The notes beneath the pieces were generated by a model. The model made no database searches and was not told where the DNA came from. It saw nothing but the letters and a program-made list of their open reading frames with translations. A stretch of 64,000 bases of DNA from Neodothiora populina (Eukaryota). The stretch's first letter is position 1; every line of letters starts with the position of its first letter. Where the stretch lies: the NCBI RefSeq assembly GCF_041146345.1, contig NW_027191402.1, positions 496,001-560,000 on the forward strand, written 5' to 3'. A program made the translations under genes and the position numbers. Of the stretch, positions 1 to 12,886 are shown one piece after another.

Positions 1-1387
1 TTCCTGCAGAATCCTTGACCGCTCGTTTTGAGCTTGCTGATGGTGCCATCAAACAACAACATGTGAGAATACTCAATGAGATCGATGCGGTCCAAGATCG
101 GCATGTGAGAATCGAGCATCAGATAAAGCGACTGAAGCACCAGATTGAGGAGGCGCGAACTGAGAGGGAATCTCGTAAATCCGCCCTTGAGAAATCTCGC
201 TCTGAGCTAGCATCGCAAATGGAGCAATTCGACTCTCGCTGTCCTCAAGTCCTTGGGCCTTTACAGGCCAACATTAAGCATTTGCATAGAAAACTAGACA
301 AGATCCACTTCAGGACGCGTGAGGGCAGAGTCAAGTTATGTCAAGAGACAGCTCGTCTCGCAGGCCTTCGACAACGCAGACAGAAGACGTCCGGTGGCCA
401 AGTGATTGAAGAATACTCGATAGGGGGCGTACAGATCCCCGACTTGCGACGTTTACACAGTGAGCAATTCTCAGGGTATTTACTACTGCTATCATCATAT
501 ATACTGACATTCTCACAGCTGCTAGACCAGAACAAATCACAGCTGCCCTGGCCAATACGTGTCGTCTCCTCAGCACGACATGTCACTATCTCTCTGTGCG
601 GCTGCCAGCCGAAATCACACAAGCGCACGCAAACTACCCCCATCCAACAATTTTCTCGATACAGTCATCGTACCAGGGCTTCACACTACAATTCCCGGGA
701 TCCGCCATCGCGCCGCCTGCCAGCAGCAGCGGCGGCAGCCCCACTAACTCACAACTTCTAGAGCATCGCTCACTGCCCAAGCTCCGCCTGCTCCATCTCG
801 ACAAGCCCCTGATCCGGCTCGCGAGAGAGGACACGACAAGCTACAAGCTCTTCGTCGAGGGCGTCGCTCTCCTCGCATGGGACGTCGCCTGGCTGTGCCG
901 GACCCAAGGCCTCAGCTCCGTCAACTCATGGGACGAAGTCTGCAACCTGGGCAAGAACCTCTGCCTGCTCTTCCGCTCGCACGCAGCAGCCAGCGATCAG
1001 CGAGCAGCGCAGCGAGCAGCGGGCCCTGACCGCGCCTCATCACTTGTTGCTCCTACGGCATTCGGAGAAATGTCCCATGCCGGCATCGTCGGTAATATAG
1101 AAGGCCCTGCGGGCATCGCCGTCATGCGCAGCTGGAGACTCTCGTCTCCTCACCGTGTCATCGACAAGCTCAAGTCTCATCTTCTTGCCGAGATGTCTGG
1201 CGCCGAGTGGGAATTGATTGCCGAGTCAGAGTGGGATGTTGAACGCGAGGATGAGAGAGCGGTCATGGTCGGTGGTATTCGTCCGGGTGATGTTGATGAC
1301 TCGGGCGCTGCTGTGAGGAGTGATGAGAGCAAGGCTGTCAGTGGCTGGACAAAGTTGAAGAGTCGGGGGACGGATGCAATTTTATGA
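1..1387 (+). CDS. ATG14: Atg14/Vps38 (UVRAG-like) family autophagy protein, 5'-truncated by window edge
   Basis: Coiled-coil ORF 15..459 joins via intron 460..518 (GTGAGC...ACTGAC...CAG) to the 596..1387 frame. Contains LHLDKPL..FVEGVALLAWDVAWLCRTQG and a terminal GWTKLK, typical of Pezizomycotina Atg14 proteins. Confidence 0.7.
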
Positions 1388-1615
1388 CCTATCACGAAAA
1401 CAATATTCATGAAAGAAGCTGTGTGTAGTTCTTAGCTTAGAATACATTGAGACGAAGAGCCTCGACGCTCTCTCGTCGGGGTTCTAGCTACACGCTCTAA
1501 TGGCTTTTTTTAAGCAAGACCAAGTTGCCACATAGATTGGACTGATCATTAAGTCATATGCAACATACATCCCCTGTCTCGCCTACTATAGTTCTCGCAG
1601 TTGTTCTCTCTGCAT

Positions 1616-2900
1616 CTAGAGGAATTTGCTCGCCAAAGACATGAGACCACCGCCAGAGCCTCCACTGCTGCCGCCCATCTCGGACTTCATGAACATCTTC
1701 AGGGCCATCTGAGCCGCAGTGCTGACCGCATCCTGCTTGTTGGCGCCTGACGAGACATTGCCCGATGCGCTCTGCTGGTCGAACAGCTTTGCTGCTTGGG
1801 ACATTGCCATGCCCAAGAACTCGTTCTGGGATGAGCCGCCCGATGAGCCGCCTGATGAGCCACCCTTGCCTCCGGTGAACATCTTCAAGGCCTGCATGGC
1901 GGCGGCACTATTTGATGGTGGGAGTAGTTAGTATAGCTGTTAAAGTTGCACTTTCGCTTAGAAGTGGTAGAGGGGTAATGGCTTACCTTCCCATGTCACC
2001 AGAGCTGGCTGACTGGCCACCTCCCTGGCCACCGTTTCCATATAGCTGCTGGTGGCTCTGGACGGCTTGCTGCTCGTTGAAATCATGGCTTTGCGACGAA
2101 GAAGAATGGCCGGAGAGCATGCCAATGGCGTTCTGGAAGAGGGACGAGTCTTGCCCGTCAGACTGTTGGGACGCGTGGTGGGCGGCCTGAGAGTAGTCGT
2201 TGTTGCTGCCACCGTGAGCACCGCCACCGCCGTAGGAAGTGCCGCTGCTGTGGCCGTAGCCGCTCTCGTGGTTGTCTCCGTAACCGCCGCCGCTGCCGCC
2301 ATGGTGGCCGGAAGAAGGACGGTCGTTGCCGTAACCTGAAGAGGGGCGATCGTTCCCATAACCGCCAGGTCCGTTCTCGGAGCTGCATCGTGGTCAGTCT
2401 CGAGCTTCTATGCCTCGGACAAGTATGCCTGTCTAGTCTTACCCGTAGCCAGTGTTTCCATGCTGTCTCATCTCATCTCTGCGTTGGCCATAGCCCTCCT
2501 CGTCATCTCTGCGGTGCTGCTGTCCGGAGTATTGGCCTTGGGAGTCACCACCGCCATATCCCTCCTGTCGGCGGCCACCGTACTCCTCACGACCGCCACC
2601 ATAGTTGTCTTGTCTTCCGCCTTGCTGACCGCCGTACTCCTCACGACCACCGCCGTAGCCGCCCTCTTCTCGACCTCCGCCGTACTCTTCACGGCCACCA
2701 CTACCACCACCGTGACGTCTGCCCTCTCCTGACGACCTACCGCCGTAGCTTTCGGATTGGCCTTCGTAGCCACCGCCGCCTGACTCTCTGCCGTATCCGT
2801 CTCCACGGCCGCGGCCGCCGCTGCTGTACTCGTTATCTCTGCCGTAGCCGCCTTCGTTACGACGTTCGCTGGAGCCGTAGTTATCGTCGTTGTAAGACAT
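1616..2900 (-). CDS. Glycine/tyrosine-rich protein with C-terminal beta-flanking-protein-like domain
   Basis: ATG at 2900 (MSYNDDNYG); introns 2383..2442 and 1908..1986 restore one frame. N-terminus has YGGGREE repeats; C-terminus reads AAAMQALKMF...GMAMSQAAKLFDQQ...KQDAVSTAAQMALKMFMKS...LMSLASKFL. Confidence 0.75.
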
Positions 2901-3232
2901 GGTGAAGAGAGTGTGAAAAAAGCTAAGGGTTCTTGTTGTTGTGAACACGAATGTTGATGTGGTGCACACTTGCTTGGAGCTGTTGTTGTTGTGGAAAGAT
3001 TGAAAGTGTTATTTTTGGAGATGAGAGGAAGAGCTCCGTTCAAAGATGAAATATATGAAGGCTAACAAGGGTTGCTTAAGTTCAGGATGCTCCGTGCTCC
3101 TTGTTCCTCCTCTTTTTCATTTCATCTCGCTCGACAAACAGGGCTCCGCCTGCCTGCACTTCCTGCTTGGCCTCTCGCCTGGTCTTGTTTAGCTTTGGGG
3201 GAGGCACATGCGAGATGAGGTGACGATGACAT

Positions 3233-3247
3233 TGACGTCAGGAGGGG
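3233..3247. promoter_or_regulatory. Adjacent CRE (TGACGTCA) and STRE (AGGGG) upstream of the glycine-rich gene
   Basis: Perfect palindrome TGACGTCA at 3233-3240 and AGGGG at 3243-3247, about 335 bp upstream of ATG 2900. Confidence 0.4.
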
Positions 3248-3752
3248 CGCAGTTGTCAGCCCCACACACCGCTTTCTATAGCAACTGTATCAAGTTGAAA
3301 TCGATGCACAACGAAACTTAGCTGAGCCACAAAAGTGTGGCCGGTCAACATTTATTGAGGCTGCGTAAACATGCATGGGGCAAACTGTTTGGCCTGCTCT
3401 GATTATTACTGTATGCGTATCTTCATGCGGTCCCAAGAATACCAACAATCCTGTAGTGCTGGTATCTGTGTATAATGCTGGTTCTACTTGATGGATATGT
3501 GAGTGCTGTACTGTTCAGTGAATCCGTCGACCCATGGTTCCTGCTATGTTTTATTACCCGAAAGAGAACCGTGGTAGAGCTCTACGTATGAATCATGTAG
3601 TTCCATCGTGGCTTTAACGACTCATCTCGAGTCACTGGGCTGACCAGCTAGCAAACGCATATCGGGAGGGCGTACCGGACAGGGTCGCCATCGATCACAC
3701 GACAGGATTAGTCTGAAGAGCACGCGCCTTGAACGAGGACAAACTTGCTGCA

Positions 3753-4584
3753 TCACATCTCGCCACACAGCGAGATAACGACGTCCTGCACCGGTCTCTC
3801 ATTGCTGGTCCTGACGTGCTCGATCTTGCGTATAACATCCATGCCATCGACGACCTTGCCGAAAACAACATGCTTGCCGTTCAGGTGAGGCGTTGGCGCA
3901 GTCGTGATGAAGAATTGAGAGCCGTTCGTGTTAGGTCCTGAGTTCTGACTTGCTTGTCAGTACAGCTCAAACCTTACATACTGCTAGGAAAGGTGTTGGA
4001 ATGGTGGTTTAGACAGTGTCTGCGTTGGTTATACACAAGACGAACAGCACAGAGCCAGACCCATAGTAGTACTGGAGGACAGGAAAATGATAGAGAAAAT
4101 AGAACTTACCGCCATCGACAAGAGACCCGCTGTGTCATGTCTTAATTCAAAGTTTTCATCGGCGAACGCCTTGGTGCCATAAATACAAGTCGAACCTAGC
4201 ATCGCGAATGTCAGCATCGGAGGATAAAACAACACCCACAACCGCTCTACTCACCAGTACCATCACCGTTCAGGAAATCACCTCCCTGAATCATGAAATC
4301 ACGAATCTGCCAATATGAATAAGCATTCTATCACAAACCTCCCCTCACTTTTCCAACACGAGAGATGAGGAAGCAAGTGATATAGAACCACATACCACCC
4401 GATGAAACCTGCAACCCTTGTAGCCCTGCGGTTTACCTAAGTGATTCTTCGTCTCACCCGTACAGAACTGCCTGAAGTTCTCTGCCGTCTTGGGCACGAT
4501 GTCGGAGAAGACTTCTATCTTGACTCGGCCGAGGGGTTCGCCTCCTAGTGTGACATCGAAGAAACAGACTGGATTTGCTGCCAT
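3753..4584 (-). CDS. PPIH: Peptidyl-prolyl isomerase H (U4/U6 snRNP cyclophilin)
   Basis: [54 protein letters not shown]..|..[25 protein letters not shown]. Introns 4307..4395, 4196..4254, 3945..4109. Confidence 0.9.
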
Positions 4585-5213
4585 TTTTTGTGGCTAGGAC
4601 TTGCGAAATTACGTGAATGAATGCCCTATAAAGGTGGATGGAATGTTTGTTGACTCGTCTCACGCTGTCGAGGTCTTCTTTGGATCGAAGTAGGTAAATG
4701 GAAGCGTTGTTGGGTTTAATTGGCAAGATAGCCGAGAGAGTATATAAAATGTTTGTCAAGACTTGTGATTTACAGCGTTGCACGGTGTTATGAATGTCAA
4801 TCGTCGAAACTCCACCACTTATAGAAGCAGTGTTCCTACAACAACATGGAACTCACCACGTCACTGGCAGGGAACATAAAAAAATCAAATCACAAGTCAC
4901 CGCTGCATTTTTGTAATTTACGCTGTACGTAAACAGGAAATGTCGTAATTATGAAATTCATGAGGATGAGATGCAGTGCGCCTACGTGTGGCCTGTGCCT
5001 ATGAAATGCCACCGAGAAGAAAAAAGGTATCTAGATCCATCGTGCAGATCAACCATCTGGAGATAAGGTATCAACCGACCTGCCAAACGCCCGGAGCCTT
5101 GATGCGTTCCTTCTGGTCTGAAGCTTGTAAAAAAAAGCAAATTCGTGTAACAAAACTGAAACCACAACGCCGAGTACGCCAAATCTCCCTATCTTTCACA
5201 AGACAGAAAGATG

Positions 5214-6465
5214 TCATCGAGATGTTCCAGACTCGAGAGCTGCAGGCGTGGCCTGCTGATCAGCACGCCGTCCCCCAAGGAAGCCAGGCACGCGTGGCAG
5301 TCTGCTGCGCCATCCCGTCGAATTATCGCCTGTTGGAGCGGACTCTGGCTGTCCGCGTCGAGATGAGCGAGGAGCGATGTCGGGCCCAGATTGAGCATAC
5401 ACCGAAGCAAAGCTGGAACCTAAAAAGTTGAGTCTAGTCCGCGCAGGTGCTCGACCTCCGCCAATCCACAGCGATGTGGGTGCTTGCGGCAGACGCTCTC
5501 TACCGCTGGACTCGATGTTTTCCTGTCCAGCAGGGCGAGGCTTTGGAATGTAGTAGTCAGCCTTACAAAGAGGGCAACAAGCGCGACGCGATGTAAGCCA
5601 CGGGTCCAAACAAGCGGCGTGAAACGCGTGACCGCACGTCAGACCACGGATATCGTCATCGTCTTCAAGCGTATCCAAGCAGATGGCGCAAGCATCACCT
5701 GGTGCCGACAGTAGTTCTGGGGGAGCAGCGGTGCGGATGGGATCGTCATCATCGGCATCCGAGTCTTCATTGCGCTCGTTGTCGTCCATGGTGGAAGTAG
5801 CTGTTTCTGTGCGCTCGAGGGGGATCTTCTCAGCTGAGATTGCTGTGACTGTGAAAGGCTGCTTGGAATTGCTAGCATCCTTGGTGGCTGGGGCGGTCGC
5901 ATGGTCCTGTTGCGCCATCTCTAGCGTTGTGATTTCGGGTTGGTTCCTCGGGCTGTCGTCTGAAGTTTTCGTGGTGCCCTCAGAGCCGCCCTTCACACTA
6001 GGAGCGCGGGAGTTCGTGCCTGTGATACCGCCAGCGGCAGGCAAACCCTCTGCCGCCCTAGAGGCAGTCCACACCTTGTATTTCTTGAGAGGGAAACGTT
6101 CGTTAACCTCCTCCATGGTCATCAACTTCTTCTCGCGACGGCGTCGGTGTTGACGTGGCATGGTGACAAGATCGATGGGGGCGCCCTCCAAGCCCATAGC
6201 GCGAGCGCGCTGGCGCTGGTTGTATCGGAAACAATATTTGACTCCCACGATGATCCTGGAAGACGGGTCAGTAATGCGCAGACGTGGCTAGAGTAAGCCA
6301 CTCGAGTTATGCTGACCAAAGGTTGGTAAAGACAACGCCGAATCCCAGGGCGACGAAGAAAAGCAACGGCGAATTGGGTGTCCCTCCGCCATTTCCGTGG
6401 CCAGTGGACGAAGGCGATGGCAGCGCCGTCCCTGAAGGGAGTAACGAAGAGGTGGTGGCGGACAT
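5214..6465 (-). CDS. Membrane-anchored RING-H2 E3 ubiquitin ligase (ATL-like)
   Basis: ATG 6465; TM segment PLLFFVALGFGVVFTNLW|IIVGVKYCFRY across intron 6256..6316; RING-H2 CAICLD..CGHAFHAACLDPWL..CCPLC. Confidence 0.85.
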
Positions 6466-8039
6466 GACGTGTAAGGGTATATAGAGAAATGGAGGCTAGA
6501 CAAAGGAACAAGGAGCAAATGTAGTTGGTGACTGTGCGCCTTTTGCTCGTGATGAAGTCGAGGAGCGAGAGTCGAAGTGATAGGAACAAATTACTGGTCC
6601 AGCTTGATGCGTGCTCGTGTCGCGATCGACGTAATTGATGAGCGCACTCTCCAGTCGCACACCGGATACGAAAGCGAAGTGCTGAATGATGTCGGTAACC
6701 CTTCCGTCCTGCGACAATGGAGGAAACGTAGGACGCCAATCTATCAAGATGATACAGCGCAGTGGTTCGGGAACATAAGGCCGAAAGTTGAGAGTTGAGA
6801 AAGGTGTCGTTACATGGAAATGGCCATTGACTCGTGATAGAGCGGCAATGAGGACTAGGATAAGGTAGCGCAAATCTCGAAGACTGTCGCAATGGTAGTC
6901 GTGATATGAGGGTGATGGACGTGAAAGTGGTTAAAGAGCCGTAGAGGTATTGATAATGCAGGCGGTCGTGGTGGCGGCGTGAGGCCGGAATTGGAAGGCG
7001 GACAAGAGCAGATGACACGCACAAGACGATGAAGCGCACTTTGTACCGCACTTGGTTCCGCACTTCCAGAATTGTAAAGTACCTTACTTGCGGTAACTAC
7101 TGCACTTCGTCTAGACGTTGGAGGAACCTCAGAACGTTGTGCAATCCGCCCCTTGACTGTAATTTCAGTGGAGATGAAGAGAAGAGAGGCTGGAGCCCGA
7201 GTAAGGATGTGAACAGGAGAACAAGCAGTGTTCTGCTATTCTTCTCTGCTATGGATGCGATGTGGCAAAGGAGCGGGATGAACAATGCGAATAAGCATAA
7301 CAGGAAGAAGATGCCTACTGCAGGTTTACCCCGACTCTCCTCGCAGAGTAGTGCAGGTGAGGCCAATCAGTTCCAGTACATCTTCGCCCGTATTGGCGCT
7401 CTCGAACTCTTTTTGATCTCTGGATGTGTCCCCCGAAGCCTTGGCACAGCGATCTGCGAACATGCGCTCTGCCCAGCCTTTGGTCTCTGTCTTGCATTTT
7501 GGGACTAGAGACAAAGCTTGGTCTCTCAAATCCGCAATGCACGGTTCGCTTGAGACATGATCGCCCACTTTATAAACATAGGGTAATCGGAACCAATGGC
7601 GTTGATCTGTCATCGACTCATAGGTTAAAGCAACGACTAAAGTGCGGATAGTATCAGAGCCAGAGAGTCATGCGCTACCAACGTGCCAGACACTGCTGTG
7701 TCCGAGCACAGAAGGAGCATATCCCACAGTGATTTGTCTCATACAGCAGTCAATTCATCAAAATCAGGACTTCTTGAGTGGCTGCATGGCCAAACCTGCT
7801 ATTCACGGCCGCGTGCACGTGGCCGTTTCTGACTTGCAAGGGAGTAAGTTGGGCAATCACATACCTCTGCCGAGATGCTCCAACGCCCGATAGATTGCAC
7901 TTCGCTCTGGGACGATGTCTCAGTATGGGCCGCCGCTGTCACACATGTCATGCAGTCACTACGAGGCGATCAGAGTATCATGCAATTTAGATGGAAGCAT
8001 TTGCAGGTTTTCTGACATTCCAGTGCTAAGCTGTTAATA

Positions 8040-9588
8040 TCAGGCCCATGCGCCTACCAATGCCATGAGGAATGCTCCTGCGATTACACTAGCACACGCT
8101 TGAAGTCTCTTTTGGCCCTTCAATGTCTCGTAGCTGTGGTCGCTAAGGAAGTCCTCCGCTAATAATTCTACCAAGCCTGCAAAGAGTAATAATCCACTGC
8201 TTATAGCATTCATCACTCCTACCATCAATAGGCCAACCTGGCTGTTAGGGTCGTACATGTTGTGAATAAGTAGTCCGATCGCCTGTCCGATCGGCGTTGT
8301 CGTGCCATATGCCAGCGCCATTAGCCATGGTTTTGGTGATCGTTTGGGAAACGAGGTGATTGCTGCTATCCGCGAACCCAGTGCGAGACCTTCGAATGTC
8401 TGATGAAATGAAATTGCCACGAGAAAGACAATGAACGCTGTTCCAGTGGCGACGGAGACAGCCATGCCAATAAATACGCTGTGGAAGAGGATGCCTGCTT
8501 CTAGCAGCATGCACTGCAACAACTGCTTCTTTTGCTGTTGAGCCTCCGTCAAGTTCGATGACGAGCCATTCGGTTTTGCACTCGTCTCCCCGTCCGCATC
8601 ATATGCATCTTCTGAAGTCCTTCCTCGGACGTGCTTTAAGAAGTGAGAAGAGTCGCTCCCAGGGTCCAATTCGTCCAGATCCACATCAGATTGTTCATCG
8701 AGCTCGTCTAGTTCGTGTTGTTTGACAGGCCGCGATGCTGAAGCCTTTCCAGCGTCGCCGTCCGTATGCCATGAGCTCGCCCCTTCCAGTCGCACCTCCT
8801 CTAATGAATCACCCGGCACTTCATCCCTATCTTGCATAAGAGGCCGGAAGCTCGAGGTCCGAGGATGACCGGGTCGCGCAATGCTTTCGCTAGAGTGATC
8901 ATGTCCATCTTCGAGACTGCCATATTCGCTTGCATGTGAGTGACCGGCGCCTTTGGTTGCGAAGAACATTTCGACGCCTACCACCACCATGACAGAGACC
9001 TGCACGTGGAACACCCCAGTCAGTCACACATCCACGGGCTACTTTAACGATGCATGACGTACCATGGCTATGAAGCCTGGCATGGCAGGATAACCCTCAT
9101 TCCAAAAAGCCGGAAGACACGGGTCTGTGAGGGATAGGAAAGCGGTCGGGAGAAGGTGTACAAAAGCTGTCGCGATGAGGACACCAGTGCCAAAGTGCCG
9201 CGAAAGAAAGAGGAAGCGATGCGGTACAGTCAATTGAGGCACTCGCCGCACAAGGATGGGAAAACCGCATGCTTGAGGGGGTTAGTTTTGTGAAGGTAGA
9301 TAGTTTCCAGTTCGACAAGGCGACGTACCCAATGTGCTGAGTGTTAGTATCAAGAAAAGTGCAAATACATGCAATGGCGTGTTATATTCTGCCTTTGCCC
9401 CTCGTGTGCCGCATGTCGGTCGTTCAGTCTCTTCTTGTCGTCTGGCTAGCTCGGCTCGAAGAAGCGCAGTCGGAATATCGGTCCATGACTTTGGCAGCTC
9501 TGTGTACACCAGGATGTTAGGTGGCTGTAGGCGACGGATTTGGTGTCCAAGCCAGGATATTCTTACCTTCTGCTACAGCATCTTGCAT
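8040..9588 (-). CDS. ZIP family zinc/iron permease (Zrt-like)
   Basis: ATG 9588 and three introns. Motifs RHFGTGVLIATAFVHLLP, His-rich loop (GHSH, HDH), LEAGILFHSVFIG, FHQTFEGLALG and terminal VGAWA. Confidence 0.92.
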
Positions 9589-10080
9589 GTTGTTTCGTCA
9601 CCAAGCAGTCTGACAGTGATCATGCTCTCATCTCACCTATTTCACTCAATTGACATCATATAGTGGAGGTTGAAAGGGGTTTGTGAGTTCGTTACAATAA
9701 TAATGTCAAAAGCGAAGCCCCTCGGTAGCGCAGCCGGTGCAGGCAGTGCAGTCGGTCATGTCGGTCACTATTCCGGTACGGGCCGAATGATGTCAAGCAG
9801 CGAACAGCCGCACCCGCGTCAGGCACCAGTGCACCTCAAACAAGGTACCTTAGCCGGTTGCCCTGTCTTCTGAAGTACCATATCTTTTCGAATGCTGAAG
9901 TACTTCATATTTCTAATTAATCGTCGCGAAACTGATGGAATGATGGAATGACATGGGAATGTCAACACAGTGACTCTGGTGCTGCGCATGTCTATGTCTA
10001 TGAACTTAGTACAGGTAGTCAAGCATTTATTCGGACATCCTCTTTGACAGTGATTCTTCCTTGCCATATCTAGCTGCGAT

Positions 10081-11034
10081 TCAGGCCGCAATTTTTGGTT
10101 GCATATATGACGCTCGGGTAGTCTCAGATGTGTTCCTTGCTTCAATCTCGCGACAACGCCGTGCAAGATCATGGATGTGCTCGTCGCTACTGTCTGGGCT
10201 CAGCTCCATGAGCGCTTGATCGAGCTGATATAGGTAATCCTGAAGCAGCACCATCAATATCATACCCTTGCAATCACAAGACAAAGCAATCACACGCACC
10301 TTGTTCTCGCCACTTGGTCCTTGACTGCGCACTATATGCTCCGCAAGAGCCTGGGGATCTTGAGGACCAAGGAATTGCGGGTTATCGGGTAGACCTATGT
10401 ACACCAGACAATTGATCTGTGAAGGAAGACCCCCTTCCTCGTAGTGTTCTGAAACGTGGAATGGGACGTATTGAATGCTGTAACCGTTGATCTCTCTCAG
10501 GTCAAGATATTCTCGAACCTCTGCCACTTTCGATGAAGGTATACGGTATGCAGCGCCCCAGGTCTTTAATGGTGCATTTGAGTGCTGGAAGGCGATCATC
10601 CCTCGTTAGCAACAGTCTCCAGAGCATGGTCGACTTCTGTATATGACGCACCTGATCGGTGAGCGTTTCCCATAGCGAACGGTCTATCAAAGTCGCAACT
10701 CTGCCGGGAGCCTCTGGAGTTCCTCGATGGTCTTCGCTAGAATGACATTGGCTATGAGGACAACAGGAAATACGGATACATTCTTGACCTACCTTGCCTA
10801 GATGGGAAAGCACACATCTTAGCAAATGTTACATCCAATGTATGAACAAGTGTACCTACCTGCCAGAAGCGGCGGACACACCCCAGAATATAACCAGGCA
10901 CCCTCTTATCTAAAGAAAGTTAATGATACCTTACTATGTGCATTGTTTGGTCATGCTGCATTACCAAAGTGTGGCGGTGGCTTCCAGATCAAACTTCCGT
11001 AGCCAAACAGCCACAGGTCAGCCGCGGATGTCAT
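10081..11034 (-). CDS. GCG1: ChaC-family glutathione-specific gamma-glutamylcyclotransferase
   Basis: WLFGYGSLIWKP..RRFWQ-AS-EDHRGTPEAPGRVATL..YLDLREINGY..GPSGENKDYL. Five introns (10910..10964, 10798..10859, 10737..10792, 10585..10651, 10240..10299), including a 5-nt exon. Confidence 0.93.
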
Positions 11035-11661
11035 GCTGCGTCCGCAGAGAAGGGAGGGCAACACTTCTATTTGGTTTCAACGTCTACTTAGTGGAGAAGA
11101 AATGCAGATGGAAGAATATAAACACAAGTAACTCGAAGAGAAATCGTAGGTGACGCATCCAGTACTCGAAGAGCAAACTGAATGCAAACAAGCACTCAGG
11201 CTCGTAGATATCTAAAGTAATACTACAAACATAAAAGCGATGATCTACTCATGCATAAGGCGGTCTGCTTTGTAGTGGACATTGCACGGGCAAGCATCGT
11301 TCTCAGTGTCTCCCGCTCCAATCCTTGAAGCCGTGCCGGCGTATGAAGCGATCATTGGTGGTGATACTGGGAGAGTCAGATGTCGACAGGATTGCTTCCT
11401 TCGTGGTATATGTTGGCCGCCATTAACGCTCAGCACGTGATCAAAGCTGCGCATTGGGGATAAGCGCATCAAGGATGAAGCGCATGCGTCGTACTGAGTG
11501 TGCCGGATATGCTGTGCCACTGCGCGGTAACAAGCCGTATTTTACGAGCTTTTGAGTCTTGTTGTCTTGGCTAAGGTCTTGTGAAGGACATAGTGCCTCA
11601 CACGTATATGCTGGTTCAGACCGGGTCGTCCTGTGGAGGTGACAACGCAACACCAAGTCTT

Positions 11662-12269
11662 TCATCCATAGCTGATCTTGCCCCTCTTCACAGACTTCGT
11701 GTCCTCGTCGTCATCGGCCACCACTTTCTTCTTCTTGTTCGTAGATTTGGATACAGCACTAGTCGGTGTTGCATGATTGCTGTCTCGCGATAGACCTGGG
11801 GGTACAGATGAAGACGGAGTAGGCGCGTGCGATGGAGTATTGGTGGCTGATGTGGGAACATCTGAGTCCTGCGACTAGAGGACGATTAGTACGTGACGCG
11901 TATCGAAATCGAGTTTGCAAGACCGTGTTTCGGGCGTACCTTCATCCATGACATCGAGCTGCGCGAGAAGATCCTGTCCTCATCTCTGATTCTTACTCTT
12001 GCTCTTCGTTCATCGACAGATCTCTTGTCTCCTCCGACTACCACTCCCTTGACCCAATTGTCGAATCCGCGCACGATGTTGCCCGCGCCATTTGTGTCTT
12101 CGAGATAGCTTCCTTCAAGCTTGAATATGTTGTCTTCCAGTGCAGCCAGTTGTTCGTCAAGCTGGCGTTTCTTAGCCAGGGTGCCGCGTAGATTGTTGCG
12201 CAGACTTTCGTAGTATGGCCGACCAGGTTGATCAGAGGCCGCAGCACTCGCTGTCGCGTTCTCCGTCAT
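11662..12269 (-). CDS. EAF6: NuA4 histone acetyltransferase subunit Eaf6
   Basis: KKRQLDEQLAALEDNIFKLEGSYLEDT..GNIVRGFD..DEDRIFSRSS; intron 11875..11939; stop at 11662. Confidence 0.9.
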
Positions 12270-12886
12270 GATGTGCAATGCGCTATCTTTTGCGCAATTC
12301 AAGGTGTGTCTCCTCAATTTTCCAATGCTTTATGTCGCGATCGATTAGTTCAGTGTATGCGTCGGTTGTGGAGATGTTGTGGAGTGAGTAGTAGTGGAAG
12401 TACCTTGGTGGCCGAAGCCACAGACGGAAATACACCGCGCCATGAATATATGGTTGCACTGCGACCTACAAATATGGTTATGAGAATGCAATGGGTAAAT
12501 TCACTTTCAGTCCTACGACCATCGATACAACACGAACATACATGCACTAGCTCAATCCGCATTATATTTTCTTTTCTCTTAATCAATCGCTACTACCTTT
12601 GTTATCGAATTGGCAAGCAGCTTGCACATAGCACGCACCACCTAGTGTTACAACCACGGGAAGAAAGCCAGTACTAATTCATGGTACAACTAAGCTTCCG
12701 GCGTAGCTCTGGAAGCTTAATCTAGGGTATGAGTGAATCTCATGTGCACAACGCTTTCCAAATTGACTAACACAGTGCTGTGTGTCTTGATAGACTGTAC
12801 TGGCTTTGCGTGTATTACTAGGGCAAACTTGACTTATGTGGAAGATGTCCTTTCGCTTGCCATGTACTTTCGTAGCTTAGATCTCC

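Noticed and set aside
3945..4109. Possible poison exon (3982..4019) or nested intron in cyclophilin H intron 3
   Set aside because: The downstream sub-intron would be only 37 nt, the upstream branch point (TATAAC) is non-consensus, and no stwintron geometry works.
6122..7063. 313-aa minus-strand ORF overlapping the RING gene start
   Set aside because: Non-ATG start, UTR-like composition, and out of frame with the spliced RING CDS.
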